From: Bdellovibrionota bacterium
GTDB lineage: Bacteria; Bdellovibrionota_C; UBA2361; CAKMMH01
Assembly (NCBI GenBank): GCA_050952645.1
Contig: JBMNLI010000012.1
Coordinates: 64,001 to 128,000, forward strand
Reading direction: 5' to 3'
Length of the DNA: 64,000 nt
Shown here piece by piece: positions 30,760-41,239 of the stretch (the stretch's first letter is position 1; the number at the start of each line of letters is the position of its first letter). A program made the translations under genes and the position numbers. Under the pieces are notes generated by a model. That model was not told the DNA's origin. It saw nothing but the letters and a program-made list of their open reading frames with translations, and searched no databases.

Positions 30760-32118
30760 ATGAAAAAATTAAACTTAAATATACTTTTCTTTGCATTTTT
30801 CTTTTTAACTTCCTTGCTATTAAGTACGCAAAAAGTAAGTGCGCAAAAAGGAGTCCCTAATGTATACGCTTTTAATGATGTTTATAATAATCAATATGAT
30901 AATCAATATAATAATTACGAAGCTATAAACACGAATGCGAGCGTGCAAGTTTTTGAAAGTTTAGAAAGTGAGTTTTTAAAATTAAGGAATTTAGATACAA
31001 AAGTAGAAAGGATAAAAGAATGGGAAACGCTAGCAAGAAAGTTTGAAGTGTTTTTCGATAAAAATGAAAGATTGAGCCAAAGTGCCGTAGCGATGCATAA
31101 TGCTTCGATATTATATGAAGAGCTATATAAAAAAACGCATCTAGAAAAATACTTAGATAGAGCTTTTATAGTTATAGATAAGTTTTTAAAAGATTATAAG
31201 AATCATTATTTAGCAGATGATATAATTGTAAAAAAAGGAGACATCTATCTTTTTTTATTAAACGATTTCGATAAAGCAAAGAAATGCTATGAAGAGGTTG
31301 TAAAGAATTATGTAGATAGCGATATGTTCGAGCTAGCAAAAGCGAGAGTAAAGCTAATATTAGATAGAAAAAATAGCAATGTTTTAGGAACAGTTTCTGA
31401 GCAAGTAAAAAATAACGGTGGGGAAGATAAATTTACTAATAATAATTACGTTATCGTTATAGATCCAGGGCATGGCGGTGAAGAGGTTGGAGCTAAAAAC
31501 GCTGCTGGGCTTTTGGAAAAAGATATAACTCTCGACATTGCACTAAAGTTGGAAAAAATCTTAAAAAGAAACACCGGGTTTAATGTTTTCTTAACTAGGT
31601 CGACCGATAAATTTCTATCTTTAGGAGAAAGAACCGAGTTTGCTAATGAAAAAGAGGCAGATCTTTTTTTAAGTCTGCATGTAAATGCTAGCGTGAAAAG
31701 AGATGCTTACGGAATAGAAACTTATTATCTCGATAATACCGACGATAAGTCTAGTAGAAAATTAGCAGAACGAGAAAACAAGTCGCTAACGTTTGGAAAT
31801 GGCGATATAGATGATCTGCAATTTATGATAAGCGACTTAATACAAAGTGGAAAGCAAGAAGAATCGATAGTGTTTGCAAACCACGTTCAAAGCGAACTTA
31901 TTAGACATCTAAATAAAAAATGGCGTGGTATAAAAGATTTAGGAGTAAAAAAGGCTCCTTTTTACATTTTAGTAGGTGCGCATATGCCTTGCGTGCTAAC
32001 TGAAATATTATTTATCGATAATTACCAAGATGCTAAAAAATTAGCTAATGAAAGATTTAGGCATGATGTAGCGCATGCTCTATATGTCGCTATATTAAAA
32101 TATTTTAACCAAAAATAG
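30760..32118 (+). CDS. N-acetylmuramoyl-L-alanine amidase (Amidase_3) with N-terminal TPR-like region
   Basis: VIDPGHGG, EKDITL, SLHVNA, GIETY and APFYILVGA.MP.VLTE motifs. Confidence 0.92.
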   Translation: MKKLNLNILFFAFFFLTSLLLSTQKVSAQKGVPNVYAFNDVYNNQYDNQYNNYEAINTNASVQVFESLESEFLKLRNLDTKVERIKEWETLARKFEVFFDKNERLSQSAVAMHNASILYEELYKKTHLEKYLDRAFIVIDKFLKDYKNHYLADDIIVKKGDIYLFLLNDFDKAKKCYEEVVKNYVDSDMFELAKARVKLILDRKNSNVLGTVSEQVKNNGGEDKFTNNNYVIVIDPGHGGEEVGAKNAAGLLEKDITLDIALKLEKILKRNTGFNVFLTRSTDKFLSLGERTEFANEKEADLFLSLHVNASVKRDAYGIETYYLDNTDDKSSRKLAERENKSLTFGNGDIDDLQFMISDLIQSGKQEESIVFANHVQSELIRHLNKKWRGIKDLGVKKAPFYILVGAHMPCVLTEILFIDNYQDAKKLANERFRHDVAHALYVAILKYFNQK

Positions 32119-32143
32119 TGAAACTTTAAAAAAAATAAAAGAT

Positions 32144-32914
32144 ATGGACTATAAAGAGTGCAGAGATTTTTTTACTAGAGTTCTTCTTTTTGCTAAAAAA
32201 GAGCGTGCTGAAATAAGTTTAGTCGGTGGATTTTTAAGAGATTTATTTATATTCGATGATTTTTATTCTAACGATATCGATTTTATAACTACTAGTAATG
32301 TCGATAAGCTAGCTAAAAATTTTGCAGATGATTTTAAAGGGGAAGTTTTACTATTTAGCCAATTTTTAACTAGTAAGGTTAGAAATTTAAAAACTTTTAA
32401 AAACGTTTATGAAGTAGACTTTGCAAGGTATAGAGAAGAAAGGTATTTAAAAAGTGGTGATTTTCCAAAAGTTAAAGCTGTTAGCGATATTAAGGAAGAT
32501 TTAAAAAGAAGAGATTTTACTATAAATACATTAGTAATTCCTTTAGAAGATTTCATAAAAACTTTTGATGATAGCATAGAAAACATAGATCACATGCGTT
32601 TAAGAAAGCATGTAAAAAATTATCTTTTTGCTCTAGAGGATATAGATAAAAAAATTATAAGAGTGCTACATAAAAAAAGTTTTCACGATGACCCTACTAG
32701 GATTTTTCGTGCCTTTAGGTATAAGGCTAGAATTAGTGGCAGTTTCGATAAAGAAACTTTTAAACTTATTTTAGAAGCTCTTAGTAGTGGAGTACTTAAT
32801 AATATATCAAAAAATAGAATTAAAAAAGAAATAGAAAAGATTAAAAAAGAGAGAGATTTTGAAAAGATTTTAAACGACCTAGAAGAGATAGGAATTAAAA
32901 CCGATATAGAGTAA
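32144..32914 (+). CDS. class II tRNA nucleotidyltransferase (short; CCA/A-adding type)
   Basis: LVGGFLRD..DIDF, DLKRRDFTIN and SFHDDPTRIFRA motifs. Confidence 0.85.
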   Translation: MDYKECRDFFTRVLLFAKKERAEISLVGGFLRDLFIFDDFYSNDIDFITTSNVDKLAKNFADDFKGEVLLFSQFLTSKVRNLKTFKNVYEVDFARYREERYLKSGDFPKVKAVSDIKEDLKRRDFTINTLVIPLEDFIKTFDDSIENIDHMRLRKHVKNYLFALEDIDKKIIRVLHKKSFHDDPTRIFRAFRYKARISGSFDKETFKLILEALSSGVLNNISKNRIKKEIEKIKKERDFEKILNDLEEIGIKTDIE

Positions 32915-32960
32915 GCAAAAGATAAGAATAAATAAAAGTAATAGTTAGGTAATTTTAATA

Positions 32961-34202
32961 ATGTTAAATATTAAAAACATTGAAGCAGAAATTTCTAAAA
33001 ATGCAAAAGAGTATTTTAATACTAATATAGAAGCAAAATTTAATCCGTCTCTAGATTTAAATTTAGGAGATTTTTATTCAGATTATTGTATAGTGCTAGC
33101 TAAAGAATATAAAAAAAGCGTAAGTGAAATTTATAAGATTATTTCTAAAGACTTGTCTTTAAAAGATTACGATATTTTGCTTATAGGCGATTATATAAAT
33201 ATTAAACTAAAAAAGTTTATTATAAATAGTTTTGATATAATAAAGCCTAATGTTAAAACTAATAATGTAGAAATTAAAAGCGTAGTAATTTTTATTCCGC
33301 TACTTAAAACTTATACTAAACCGTTATTTTATAGATTATCATTTTTAGGTTTTTTAAATAAAATTTTATTTGAAAAACTAGGTGTAAAAGTAGAGTTTTT
33401 CTTAGGAAGTAAGGACTATAAGGCAAACGATTTAGGAAGTGATACGCTAAGCTTTAGCAGGCTATTAGAGAAAGTTTACGACGATTTAGACGCTAGAAAA
33501 GATATTTTAGAAAAAATATATGACCTAGATAAATTATATAATATAGAACTATTTTTAATTCATATAGGGCCAAGCACTTTTTACCAAAGAAGTTTGCCAA
33601 AAGCACTTTTCAAAACTACTAAAGCACGCACTCATTTTGCTTTAAAATTTCACTCTAAAGATTGGGGGGAGGTTTACAAAGAAGATATAGATGAGATGGA
33701 AGATTTTATAAAGAGCTTAAATAAAAACCAAAATAAGAGCCAAAATAAAAACGAAAATAAAAACGAAAATATCACTGCGCTAAACGCTCTTATGTATATG
33801 TTATCTACAAATAAAGATTTTAAAGAGATAAATTATTATGATGCTACGATAAATACACAAGAAAATTTTATATATTTTTTAAACTCCACTTTAAATAGAA
33901 TAAATAAGTTTTTTAAAGGCGATGCGAGTAAAGAAAAGGATGTCTTATATGAGTTTAGCAAAGATGATAAGCTTAGGAATATAATGCTAAGAGGCTACAC
34001 ACTAAACAGTGTTTTGTGTGATACTGTAAGGCATGGAAGAGTAGGAGACTTTTTATCATACTTTGATGAGCTACTAAGGGATGTAAATTACGTGTTGAAT
34101 ACTCCATCTTTTAGAAGTAAATTAGTAAATGGAGAAATTTCAAGCAAGACGAGTTTCGTGTTTAATTATATTAAAGTAGTATTTCAAGATTTTTTAAGAT
34201 AG
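32961..34202 (+). CDS. degenerate arginyl-tRNA synthetase-like protein lacking the HIGH motif
   Basis: ArgRS N-domain pattern GDFYSD....LAKEYKK...GDYINIKL; DALR-like YFLNSTLNRINKFF; upstream of a SPOR gene as argS usually is. Confidence 0.6.
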   Translation: MLNIKNIEAEISKNAKEYFNTNIEAKFNPSLDLNLGDFYSDYCIVLAKEYKKSVSEIYKIISKDLSLKDYDILLIGDYINIKLKKFIINSFDIIKPNVKTNNVEIKSVVIFIPLLKTYTKPLFYRLSFLGFLNKILFEKLGVKVEFFLGSKDYKANDLGSDTLSFSRLLEKVYDDLDARKDILEKIYDLDKLYNIELFLIHIGPSTFYQRSLPKALFKTTKARTHFALKFHSKDWGEVYKEDIDEMEDFIKSLNKNQNKSQNKNENKNENITALNALMYMLSTNKDFKEINYYDATINTQENFIYFLNSTLNRINKFFKGDASKEKDVLYEFSKDDKLRNIMLRGYTLNSVLCDTVRHGRVGDFLSYFDELLRDVNYVLNTPSFRSKLVNGEISSKTSFVFNYIKVVFQDFLR

Positions 34203-34275
34203 TGTAATATTTTTATTAGTGTTGTATTTTTTGTCTAAGTTATTTATTAAGTTATATTTAATATAAGCATTTATT

Positions 34276-35832
34276 TTGAAGCATTTATTTAGGAGCGCAA
34301 AGGAGATGATACCTTTTAAAGAGTATAGAATGAGCACACTTCAAGTAGTATGTCTAAGTGGAATAGTTATGGGATGTATGGTTTGTGCTTTTTATATAGG
34401 AACGTATTTCGGAAATAAGATAGGTTTCGAGAATGCTATGAAAGAGAATTTAGAAAACTTAGCAAAAGTTCCTATCGATTCTATCGATATCGGCAGCGAT
34501 GATACCGACGAAAAAATTTCTTTAGAAGTAGAAACGAAATTAAAACGAGATAGCTTAGCTAAGAATGAAGAGCCAACACTAGAAGATATCGTAAATAGCA
34601 AATCTCCTACAAAGAAAGAAAAAGAAGATGAAGCGATAGAAATACTTAATAAGAGATTGCTAGGAGATGTAGTTGGCGAGGATGGTAGCATTAGTCTAGT
34701 AGAAGATGTTAGCTTAGAAAAGAAGATAAAAAAGGAAGATGATAAAAACAATGAAATTATAGAAATTAGTAAAGAAGGTAATATCGATGATGTAAATGTT
34801 TTATCGGAAAAAGAAGAAGTCGAAAAAATAAGCAAATTAACTAATGTGGAATTTGAAAAAAATAAGCAAAAAAGCAAGGAAAAAGATAAAAATAAAGAAA
34901 AAGATGTAGCTAAAAGGAAAGATAAAAGGAAAGATAGAAAAGAGATAAAAGTAGATGTTAAAGAGGCTGTAGAGATTAAAAAAGAGATTAAAGAAGAGAT
35001 CAAAGATAAGGAAAGCGAAAAATATGAGGCGATTAAAAGACAGGAAGATAAAATTTTAGCAGAGGCTAAAAAAGATTTAAAAAAGGCTGATGATACCGTA
35101 AATAATCGATTTAAAGAGGAAGCTTCTAGGCAAAATGCGCTTAAAGTAGAGCCAGCTTTAATCCAAAGAGCAAATAGAGGAGTAGAACCAAGAATAGTAG
35201 AGCAAGTGCCTAGTCAATTACCTAGTCAATTACCTAGTCAAGCACCTAGTCAATTTAGAGAAGATATATTTGAAAGTCCTAATATTCAAGCAAGGCCGCA
35301 AGATAGATCTGTTCAAGATAGTTCTATGCAAGATAGATTAGTGCAAAAAAGGCAAGTAGCACCTCTTAAAGGCTATCAAGGTAGCAGGCAAGGCGCCAGC
35401 GGACAAGGCAGCGGACAAGGCAGCGACGTTAGCTACCAAGGAGGCTATAGAGGAGGTTATCAAGGAGGCGTGCAAGGAGGAAGACGAGCGCCACAACAAG
35501 TAGGCGAGTATCAAAGACCACAATTGCCACAAAGAGAGCAAGTCGGATCTCAAAATCCTAGTCTTGCAAGAACTCGGCAAGCAAGTATTCAAAAAGGCTA
35601 TTACGTGCAAATAGCTTCTCTTAGCAATGAGATGGATGCTAATATTTTAGTAAATAAAGTTAATAGTTCGGGTTTTAAAACTAAAGTGCAAACGACGATA
35701 GTGAGTGGGGTAAAATATTATAGAGTTCTTTCTGGCCCAGAGGATACGCATATCCACGCTCAAAGAATGGTTGAAGAGTTAAAAAGAGAGCCTTATATTA
35801 CGTCTAATCCTTTTGTAGTAGAGTTTAAGTAA
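34276..35832 (+). CDS. SPOR-domain cell division protein (FtsN/DedD-like)
   Basis: TM helix, long charged and Gln/Gly-rich linker, C-terminal YYVQIASL...YYRVLSGP SPOR domain. Confidence 0.85.
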   Translation: MKHLFRSAKEMIPFKEYRMSTLQVVCLSGIVMGCMVCAFYIGTYFGNKIGFENAMKENLENLAKVPIDSIDIGSDDTDEKISLEVETKLKRDSLAKNEEPTLEDIVNSKSPTKKEKEDEAIEILNKRLLGDVVGEDGSISLVEDVSLEKKIKKEDDKNNEIIEISKEGNIDDVNVLSEKEEVEKISKLTNVEFEKNKQKSKEKDKNKEKDVAKRKDKRKDRKEIKVDVKEAVEIKKEIKEEIKDKESEKYEAIKRQEDKILAEAKKDLKKADDTVNNRFKEEASRQNALKVEPALIQRANRGVEPRIVEQVPSQLPSQLPSQAPSQFREDIFESPNIQARPQDRSVQDSSMQDRLVQKRQVAPLKGYQGSRQGASGQGSGQGSDVSYQGGYRGGYQGGVQGGRRAPQQVGEYQRPQLPQREQVGSQNPSLARTRQASIQKGYYVQIASLSNEMDANILVNKVNSSGFKTKVQTTIVSGVKYYRVLSGPEDTHIHAQRMVEELKREPYITSNPFVVEFK

Positions 35833-35993
35833 GGGAAGGTAGAAAGACTCGCTGCTAGCTATAACGCTGTTTGTTATAATTTTGCTACTAGTAAGAGCAT
35901 TAGTTTTAAAAAAAGCTTAAAGATTTTAGCACTTACCATCCGAAAATATATTAGATAGGAATAAATTGTTTTATAACCTTATAAATTTTTTAG

Positions 35994-37826
35994 ATGACTA
36001 ATTCTTTACTAGAACCGAACAAAGATATACTAGATCGCATTTCCCATTGTGTAATTACAGATGTCGGAAAAAAACGAGAGACTAATCAAGATAGTTTTAT
36101 CGCTGTCTGTGGCGAGAATTTTAAATTATTCGTCGTTTGTGATGGCATGGGTGGAACCGACGGTGGGGAGATAGCAGCAGGAATAACGATCTCATATTTA
36201 CAATCTGAACTTTCAGGAAAAAAAATAAATGATATAGAAGATGTTAAAGAGGTGGTGTTTTTAGCTAATAAGCACGTTTTCGATTATGGCGCTGAACATA
36301 AAGAGGTTCAAGGACTAGGAACTACCATTACGACTTTACTAGTAATGGCTAAAGGGTCTTGGATATTAAATGTAGGAGATTCTAGAGTTTATAAAATTGT
36401 AGCTAACTCCATGGAGCAAATAACGCAAGACGATACGGTTTTACAAGAGTTAATTAAGTCTGGTGCAGTATCTAAGGAAAAAGCTAAAAGCCACCCTATC
36501 GCTAATATGCTAACTAAAACCATAGGGCAAGGAGATAGCCTAGAGATAGAAAGTAAGAGAATAGGTTTTTTAGATGATAGCGAACTTTATCTACTTTGCT
36601 CAGATGGGCTATACAATATGCTCTCAGATGAGGAAATCTTAAAAATAATTAAAGAGAGTAGCCCTCAAGAGGCCGTAAAAAAATTAGTAGAAGAAGCGAA
36701 TGATAATGGGGGTGCCGATAATATTACAGTAATGATAGTAGGAACGTTTGAAGAAGAGCTTAATAATACTACTAATGTTGATAATGATTTTTCTTCTAAA
36801 GACAAGCCAAAAATAAAAAAGCCAAAGGAAATAGTAACTAGAATAAATTATAAGAATTTAAGTCAAAAAGTTTTTCAAGCAAAGCTAAATGAAGATGGTA
36901 ATGCTGAGCAAAAAAACGATGATTATAAAACTTCTCAAAATAATAAAAATATAGATAAAGAGAATATAGATAAAGAAAAACCTCGTGAAATTACTCAAAA
37001 AGATTTATATTTATCGAATACGGATTCCAAAAAATTTATTCGACTTTTTTTATTATCGCTTTCAATCATTTTATTATTAATTTTTATGCCTGCTAAAAAT
37101 AATAAAAACGCACCTAAGGAAAAAGAAAAAAAATTAGTGGGCATTATCGGTGATATAAAAGTAGTAGAGAAAGAATATAAATTTAAAATGAAAGATATAG
37201 AAAAAAAGGTTGATACAAATACCACAGTTAATTATATAAAAGTTAATTATACAGAAGAAGAAAAAAAAGCTTACGACGATATTTTAAATTTACTTCAAGA
37301 AAAAAAAGAACTATCTAAAAGATTTTTACAAAACGAGAAGAATATATTACTAACTTCGATTAAAGAAGCTGAGAGAAAAATAGAAAAACTTGCGAAAAAA
37401 GAAAAAGAACTCAGAGGCTATAATGGGCAAAGTCTGATAGATATCGCTAGCAAGATATCGCTAAAAGATAAGAAAAAAGGAAGTAGTGAAAATAATAATG
37501 AAAATAATGGCGTAAAAAAAGCGTTAGATGATTTTTTAAATTTTTCTTATAGCATTTTAGATAAAAACTTATCGCAAAAAGATTACGACAGTTTAATGAG
37601 TGCTAAAATTAAAGCTTTAAATGAACGAGTAGAAAAATACGTATATAATAATTTAATAAAGCTTAAAAAAAGTGTAAAAGAAACACAAGAAAAAATTTTA
37701 CTTAGTCGCCTTAATTTATCTCTAGTAAATTTAAAGTTAGAATACGTTCAAGTGCTACAAAGTGGCGATGAAGAAGCTCTTGAAAATTTTAAGTTAAAAA
37801 TAGAAGCTCTAAGAGAAAGGCTTTAA
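35994..37826 (+). CDS. PP2C-family Ser/Thr phosphatase with TM helix and C-terminal coiled coil
   Basis: TDVG.KR..NQD, VCDGMGG, GTT, VGDSR.Y, CSDGL and GG.DNIT motifs. Confidence 0.92.
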   Translation: MTNSLLEPNKDILDRISHCVITDVGKKRETNQDSFIAVCGENFKLFVVCDGMGGTDGGEIAAGITISYLQSELSGKKINDIEDVKEVVFLANKHVFDYGAEHKEVQGLGTTITTLLVMAKGSWILNVGDSRVYKIVANSMEQITQDDTVLQELIKSGAVSKEKAKSHPIANMLTKTIGQGDSLEIESKRIGFLDDSELYLLCSDGLYNMLSDEEILKIIKESSPQEAVKKLVEEANDNGGADNITVMIVGTFEEELNNTTNVDNDFSSKDKPKIKKPKEIVTRINYKNLSQKVFQAKLNEDGNAEQKNDDYKTSQNNKNIDKENIDKEKPREITQKDLYLSNTDSKKFIRLFLLSLSIILLLIFMPAKNNKNAPKEKEKKLVGIIGDIKVVEKEYKFKMKDIEKKVDTNTTVNYIKVNYTEEEKKAYDDILNLLQEKKELSKRFLQNEKNILLTSIKEAERKIEKLAKKEKELRGYNGQSLIDIASKISLKDKKKGSSENNNENNGVKKALDDFLNFSYSILDKNLSQKDYDSLMSAKIKALNERVEKYVYNNLIKLKKSVKETQEKILLSRLNLSLVNLKLEYVQVLQSGDEEALENFKLKIEALRERL

Positions 37827-38015
37827 AAAAATTTTCCTTTTAAACTCTTGCTTTGAACTTTTTCAAAAGAAATGTTTTGTTAATTATTTCGACATACTTT
37901 ATATGTTATTTGATGTGATCTTTTAGTTTCGATTATGCTTTAGAGATTTTCTTTTATAAGTTCTCGTTCACATTATTTTTGTAATTTTTTTTGCAAAATT
38001 TTAAAAGGAATAATT

Positions 38016-39131
38016 ATGCAAATGTTTTATACAAAACTTACACTCTCGCTTATTGCGATGAGTTTAAAATCTGCGCACGTTAAAGAATATAGCGATTATC
38101 TTGCTAAAAATTTAATTTATGAAGATGATAATTTTTTAAGTTTAATTGAAGAAAATTTTCCAAATATTATAGAAAAATATAATGATAAATTAGTTATTGA
38201 TACGGTCGAAGAAAATATTGCAAAATGGGAAAAACAAGATATTAAATTTTTATTACTCGGCACTTTAGATTATCCTCAGGCGCTTAAAAATATTTATAAT
38301 CCTCCCTTAGTCTTGTTTTATAAAGGGACTTGGAAAAAAGATTACGATTATAATTTTTCAGTTGCCATAGTAGGCTCGAGAAAGGCTAGCGTTATGCAGA
38401 CTAAGTTTGTAAACCAGTTTGCTAGCGTGCTAAGTTTTTCTAATATATGTGTAGTAAGTGGGCTAGCGCAAGGTATAGATGCCGCTTCTCACATGGGCGC
38501 AATAAGTGGCGATGCAAATAAGTTTCCTACGATTGCAGTTCTAGGAAGTGGGGTAAATTATATATACCCTGCAGTTCATAAGTATTTAGCACACAAGATA
38601 ATAGACAAAGGTGGCATCTTGTTAAGCCATTTTTTGCCAGACACTGCCCCTTTTCCTTATAATTTTTTAGATAGAAATAGAGTTATCTCAGGGCTTTCAA
38701 GGATAGTAATAGTAGCGCAAGCCGCTGCTAGAAGTGGGGCACTTTCCACCGCTAGATATGCACTAGAGCAAGGAAGAGACCTCCTAGCAGTTTTAGGCCC
38801 AGTGTATGATGATAGTTTTGTAGGCTCTAATAATTTAATTACGCAGGGCGCTACGCCGATAGCGAGCGTTGAAGATTTTTTTAAATTATATCCAGAATAT
38901 TTACTAGATAAAAATTTAGATAAATTTGAAGATAATAAAATTATAAACTTTGAAGATGAGAAAGAAAAACAAGTTTATGAGTATATTAGAAAGCATAAAA
39001 AAGTTTCTAGAGAAGAACTGCACGAAAAATTTACTGATAGTAATTTATCGCTTACTGTTATAAATTTGTTAGCAAGAAATCTTATAGAGTCGCTCCCAGG
39101 GGATGAGTATTGTTTAGCACAAGGTTTGTAG
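38016..39131 (+). CDS. dprA: DNA processing protein DprA
   Basis: PP.VLFYKG, AIVGSR, VSGLAQGIDAASH, RNRVISGLS and SGAL.TA motifs. Confidence 0.95.
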   Translation: MQMFYTKLTLSLIAMSLKSAHVKEYSDYLAKNLIYEDDNFLSLIEENFPNIIEKYNDKLVIDTVEENIAKWEKQDIKFLLLGTLDYPQALKNIYNPPLVLFYKGTWKKDYDYNFSVAIVGSRKASVMQTKFVNQFASVLSFSNICVVSGLAQGIDAASHMGAISGDANKFPTIAVLGSGVNYIYPAVHKYLAHKIIDKGGILLSHFLPDTAPFPYNFLDRNRVISGLSRIVIVAQAAARSGALSTARYALEQGRDLLAVLGPVYDDSFVGSNNLITQGATPIASVEDFFKLYPEYLLDKNLDKFEDNKIINFEDEKEKQVYEYIRKHKKVSREELHEKFTDSNLSLTVINLLARNLIESLPGDEYCLAQGL

Positions 39132-39229
39132 AAAGAAAAGATTGTCGTTTTTTTATTTTTTCTATTTTCTTTATGTTTTATGTTTTATTTTTTTGAAATT
39201 TATTTTTATAATCTTCGATAACTTCTATT

Positions 39230-39805
39230 ATGAGTGTAATAATATTTTATCAAAATAGCGCATCGCTAAAAAATGAATATTTGCAAATAAGGGGCTTAGG
39301 AGGAAGTGTCGGGTTAGATAAGCGTGGAAGCATTGCTAGCGAAGATATCCTAGAGCATTATTTTCGAGTTGACGCTATAGGAAAAGAGTACGTTTTAAAA
39401 GTAGGAGAGCAAAACATACTTCTTCCTAAATATTTTAAAGCAAACATTAATAATATAGATTTTATTTTCTATACTACATCTCCTACTAGTGAGAGTTTAA
39501 CTTATACTTATTACGACTTAGATTCCTTTGATATTAAAAACAAGAAATTTATTACATTAAATTTAAGTTATAATTTAACGATGCTTTCAATAAAAATTTA
39601 TGAAGGGATAGAATATTATTTAGGCTCTTCAAAAGTTTCTTCTATTTGTATAGCAGAGAATTTTGTAGCTCCCTACCACTCGAAAATTACTTATGAAAAT
39701 GAGCAAATAAAAATTGTAGATGTAGCTGGAAGTTTAAAAAAAGAGGGAGAATATGCATATAGTTTAAATGATATTTCTCTAGTATTTGAAAAAGAGTTAA
39801 ATTAA
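39230..39805 (+). CDS. hypothetical protein with degenerate FHA-like C-terminal domain
   Basis: YYLGSS....I.I....VAPYHSKI......I.I.D matches the FHA layout but lacks the GR/SR residues. Confidence 0.45.
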   Translation: MSVIIFYQNSASLKNEYLQIRGLGGSVGLDKRGSIASEDILEHYFRVDAIGKEYVLKVGEQNILLPKYFKANINNIDFIFYTTSPTSESLTYTYYDLDSFDIKNKKFITLNLSYNLTMLSIKIYEGIEYYLGSSKVSSICIAENFVAPYHSKITYENEQIKIVDVAGSLKKEGEYAYSLNDISLVFEKELN

Positions 39806-39823
39806 GTTTTAGTTTTTTGTTTT

Positions 39824-41074
39824 TTAACCTTGCAATGCTTTATAGATGTTTTCTATCCAAACGACTGGCTTGTCGCATTTTGAAAACCAAGTGTCTGCAT
39901 TCGCATCTTTTGCTAACGTTTCTAAGTTTTGTTTTGATATATTAGAAAAAAGCGCTATTTTCAAGCTTGGCATAGTTTGCTTTAACATTTTACACAGATC
40001 ATTTCCGTTTATATTAGGCATATTAACGTCTGAAATTAGCAAGTCTATGTTTTCTTGAAATAGGTAGCTATGAATAGTTGATGGGTCTTGAGTAGTAAGA
40101 ACCTCAAAGCCTTCTTTCGTTAGTATATGGCTTAATATATTTAATATCATTTGATTATCATCTATACATAAAATTTTCGTTTTTTCTTGTTTGTTATTAT
40201 TTGAATTTTTATAAGTAGAGTTTTTATTTTCTTTTCCTAAAACTTCTTTGCAATCTTGCATAAAACTATCTGCCGTTTGGTATCTATTATTAGGTATTTT
40301 TTGTAGTGCCTTGTTTACGATATTTGCCACATCTTCTTTTATATTTAATGAGCTATCGAAAGGTGGCACTGGATTAGTTAAATGCATTAAGAGAGTTTGC
40401 ACTACCGTTTCTCCAAAGAAAGGAACTTTGCCAGCTAGAAGCTCGTATAGAACTATGCCTGCTGAATATATATCGATCCTCGAGTCGAGCTCCACCTCTC
40501 CTGCTGCTTGTTCTGGTGCCATATATTGAGGAGTTCCAAGGGCTGAGCCATCGATAGTTTTAGTATCGTTTAATTTTAAATCTTGCTTCATTTTAGCTAT
40601 GCCAAAATCTAGCACTTTTAATTCCGTGTAGTCATCAAGGGTATTATTAAAGTTTACTATAATGTTATCAGATTTAATATCTCTATGAACGATACCGTCG
40701 CTATGGGCGCAAGATAGCACGTCTAAAATATCTATTAAAATTCTTAGTGCTAAATGGTAATCTAAGGGGCCACATTTTTTTACGCATTTGCTAAGCGTGA
40801 TTCCTCTACAAAAGTCTGTAGTCATGTAGTAGCGACCATCTTTAGTTTTTCCGAAATCTCTAAGTTTAGCGGTATTTTTATGAGAAAATTTTTCTAGCAC
40901 TCTCGCTTCTTCTATAAAACGCTCTACAATCTGAGAGTTGTTCGATACTTCTTTTGATAGCAGTTTTAGGGCGTATTGTAGTTTTAAGTCCTCGTGTTCT
41001 ACAAGGTAGACATCTCCCGTTGCCCCAGAGCCTAATAGTCTAATAATGTTATATTTTTCAGCGATTTTTTCCAT
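39824..41074 (-). CDS. Hanks-type Ser/Thr kinase with C-terminal receiver domain
   Basis: LGSGATG.V, ALK, HRDIKSDN, DFG, GTPQYMAPE; C-terminal ILCIDD...LLISDVNMP...G REC domain. Confidence 0.95.
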   Translation of the reverse strand: MEKIAEKYNIIRLLGSGATGDVYLVEHEDLKLQYALKLLSKEVSNNSQIVERFIEEARVLEKFSHKNTAKLRDFGKTKDGRYYMTTDFCRGITLSKCVKKCGPLDYHLALRILIDILDVLSCAHSDGIVHRDIKSDNIIVNFNNTLDDYTELKVLDFGIAKMKQDLKLNDTKTIDGSALGTPQYMAPEQAAGEVELDSRIDIYSAGIVLYELLAGKVPFFGETVVQTLLMHLTNPVPPFDSSLNIKEDVANIVNKALQKIPNNRYQTADSFMQDCKEVLGKENKNSTYKNSNNNKQEKTKILCIDDNQMILNILSHILTKEGFEVLTTQDPSTIHSYLFQENIDLLISDVNMPNINGNDLCKMLKQTMPSLKIALFSNISKQNLETLAKDANADTWFSKCDKPVVWIENIYKALQG

Positions 41075-41107
41075 TTATTCGTTATGTTTTCGTAATGCTA
41101 AGGTATA

Positions 41108-41135
41108 TAGTCGGCAAAATAGAAAAAATTATTTA
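41108..41135 (-). promoter_or_regulatory. sigma28-like promoter of the kinase gene
   Basis: Minus strand TAAA-N16-GCCGACTA. Confidence 0.5.
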
Positions 41136-41239
41136 TAAAGTTTTTATAAAGATTTATAAAAGATTTTTAAATTTATCTATCTTTTTTGAAAGTTATAGCA
41201 TCAAAGCTATTAGGAAGTTTTTAAAAGGGTTAGTTTCGT

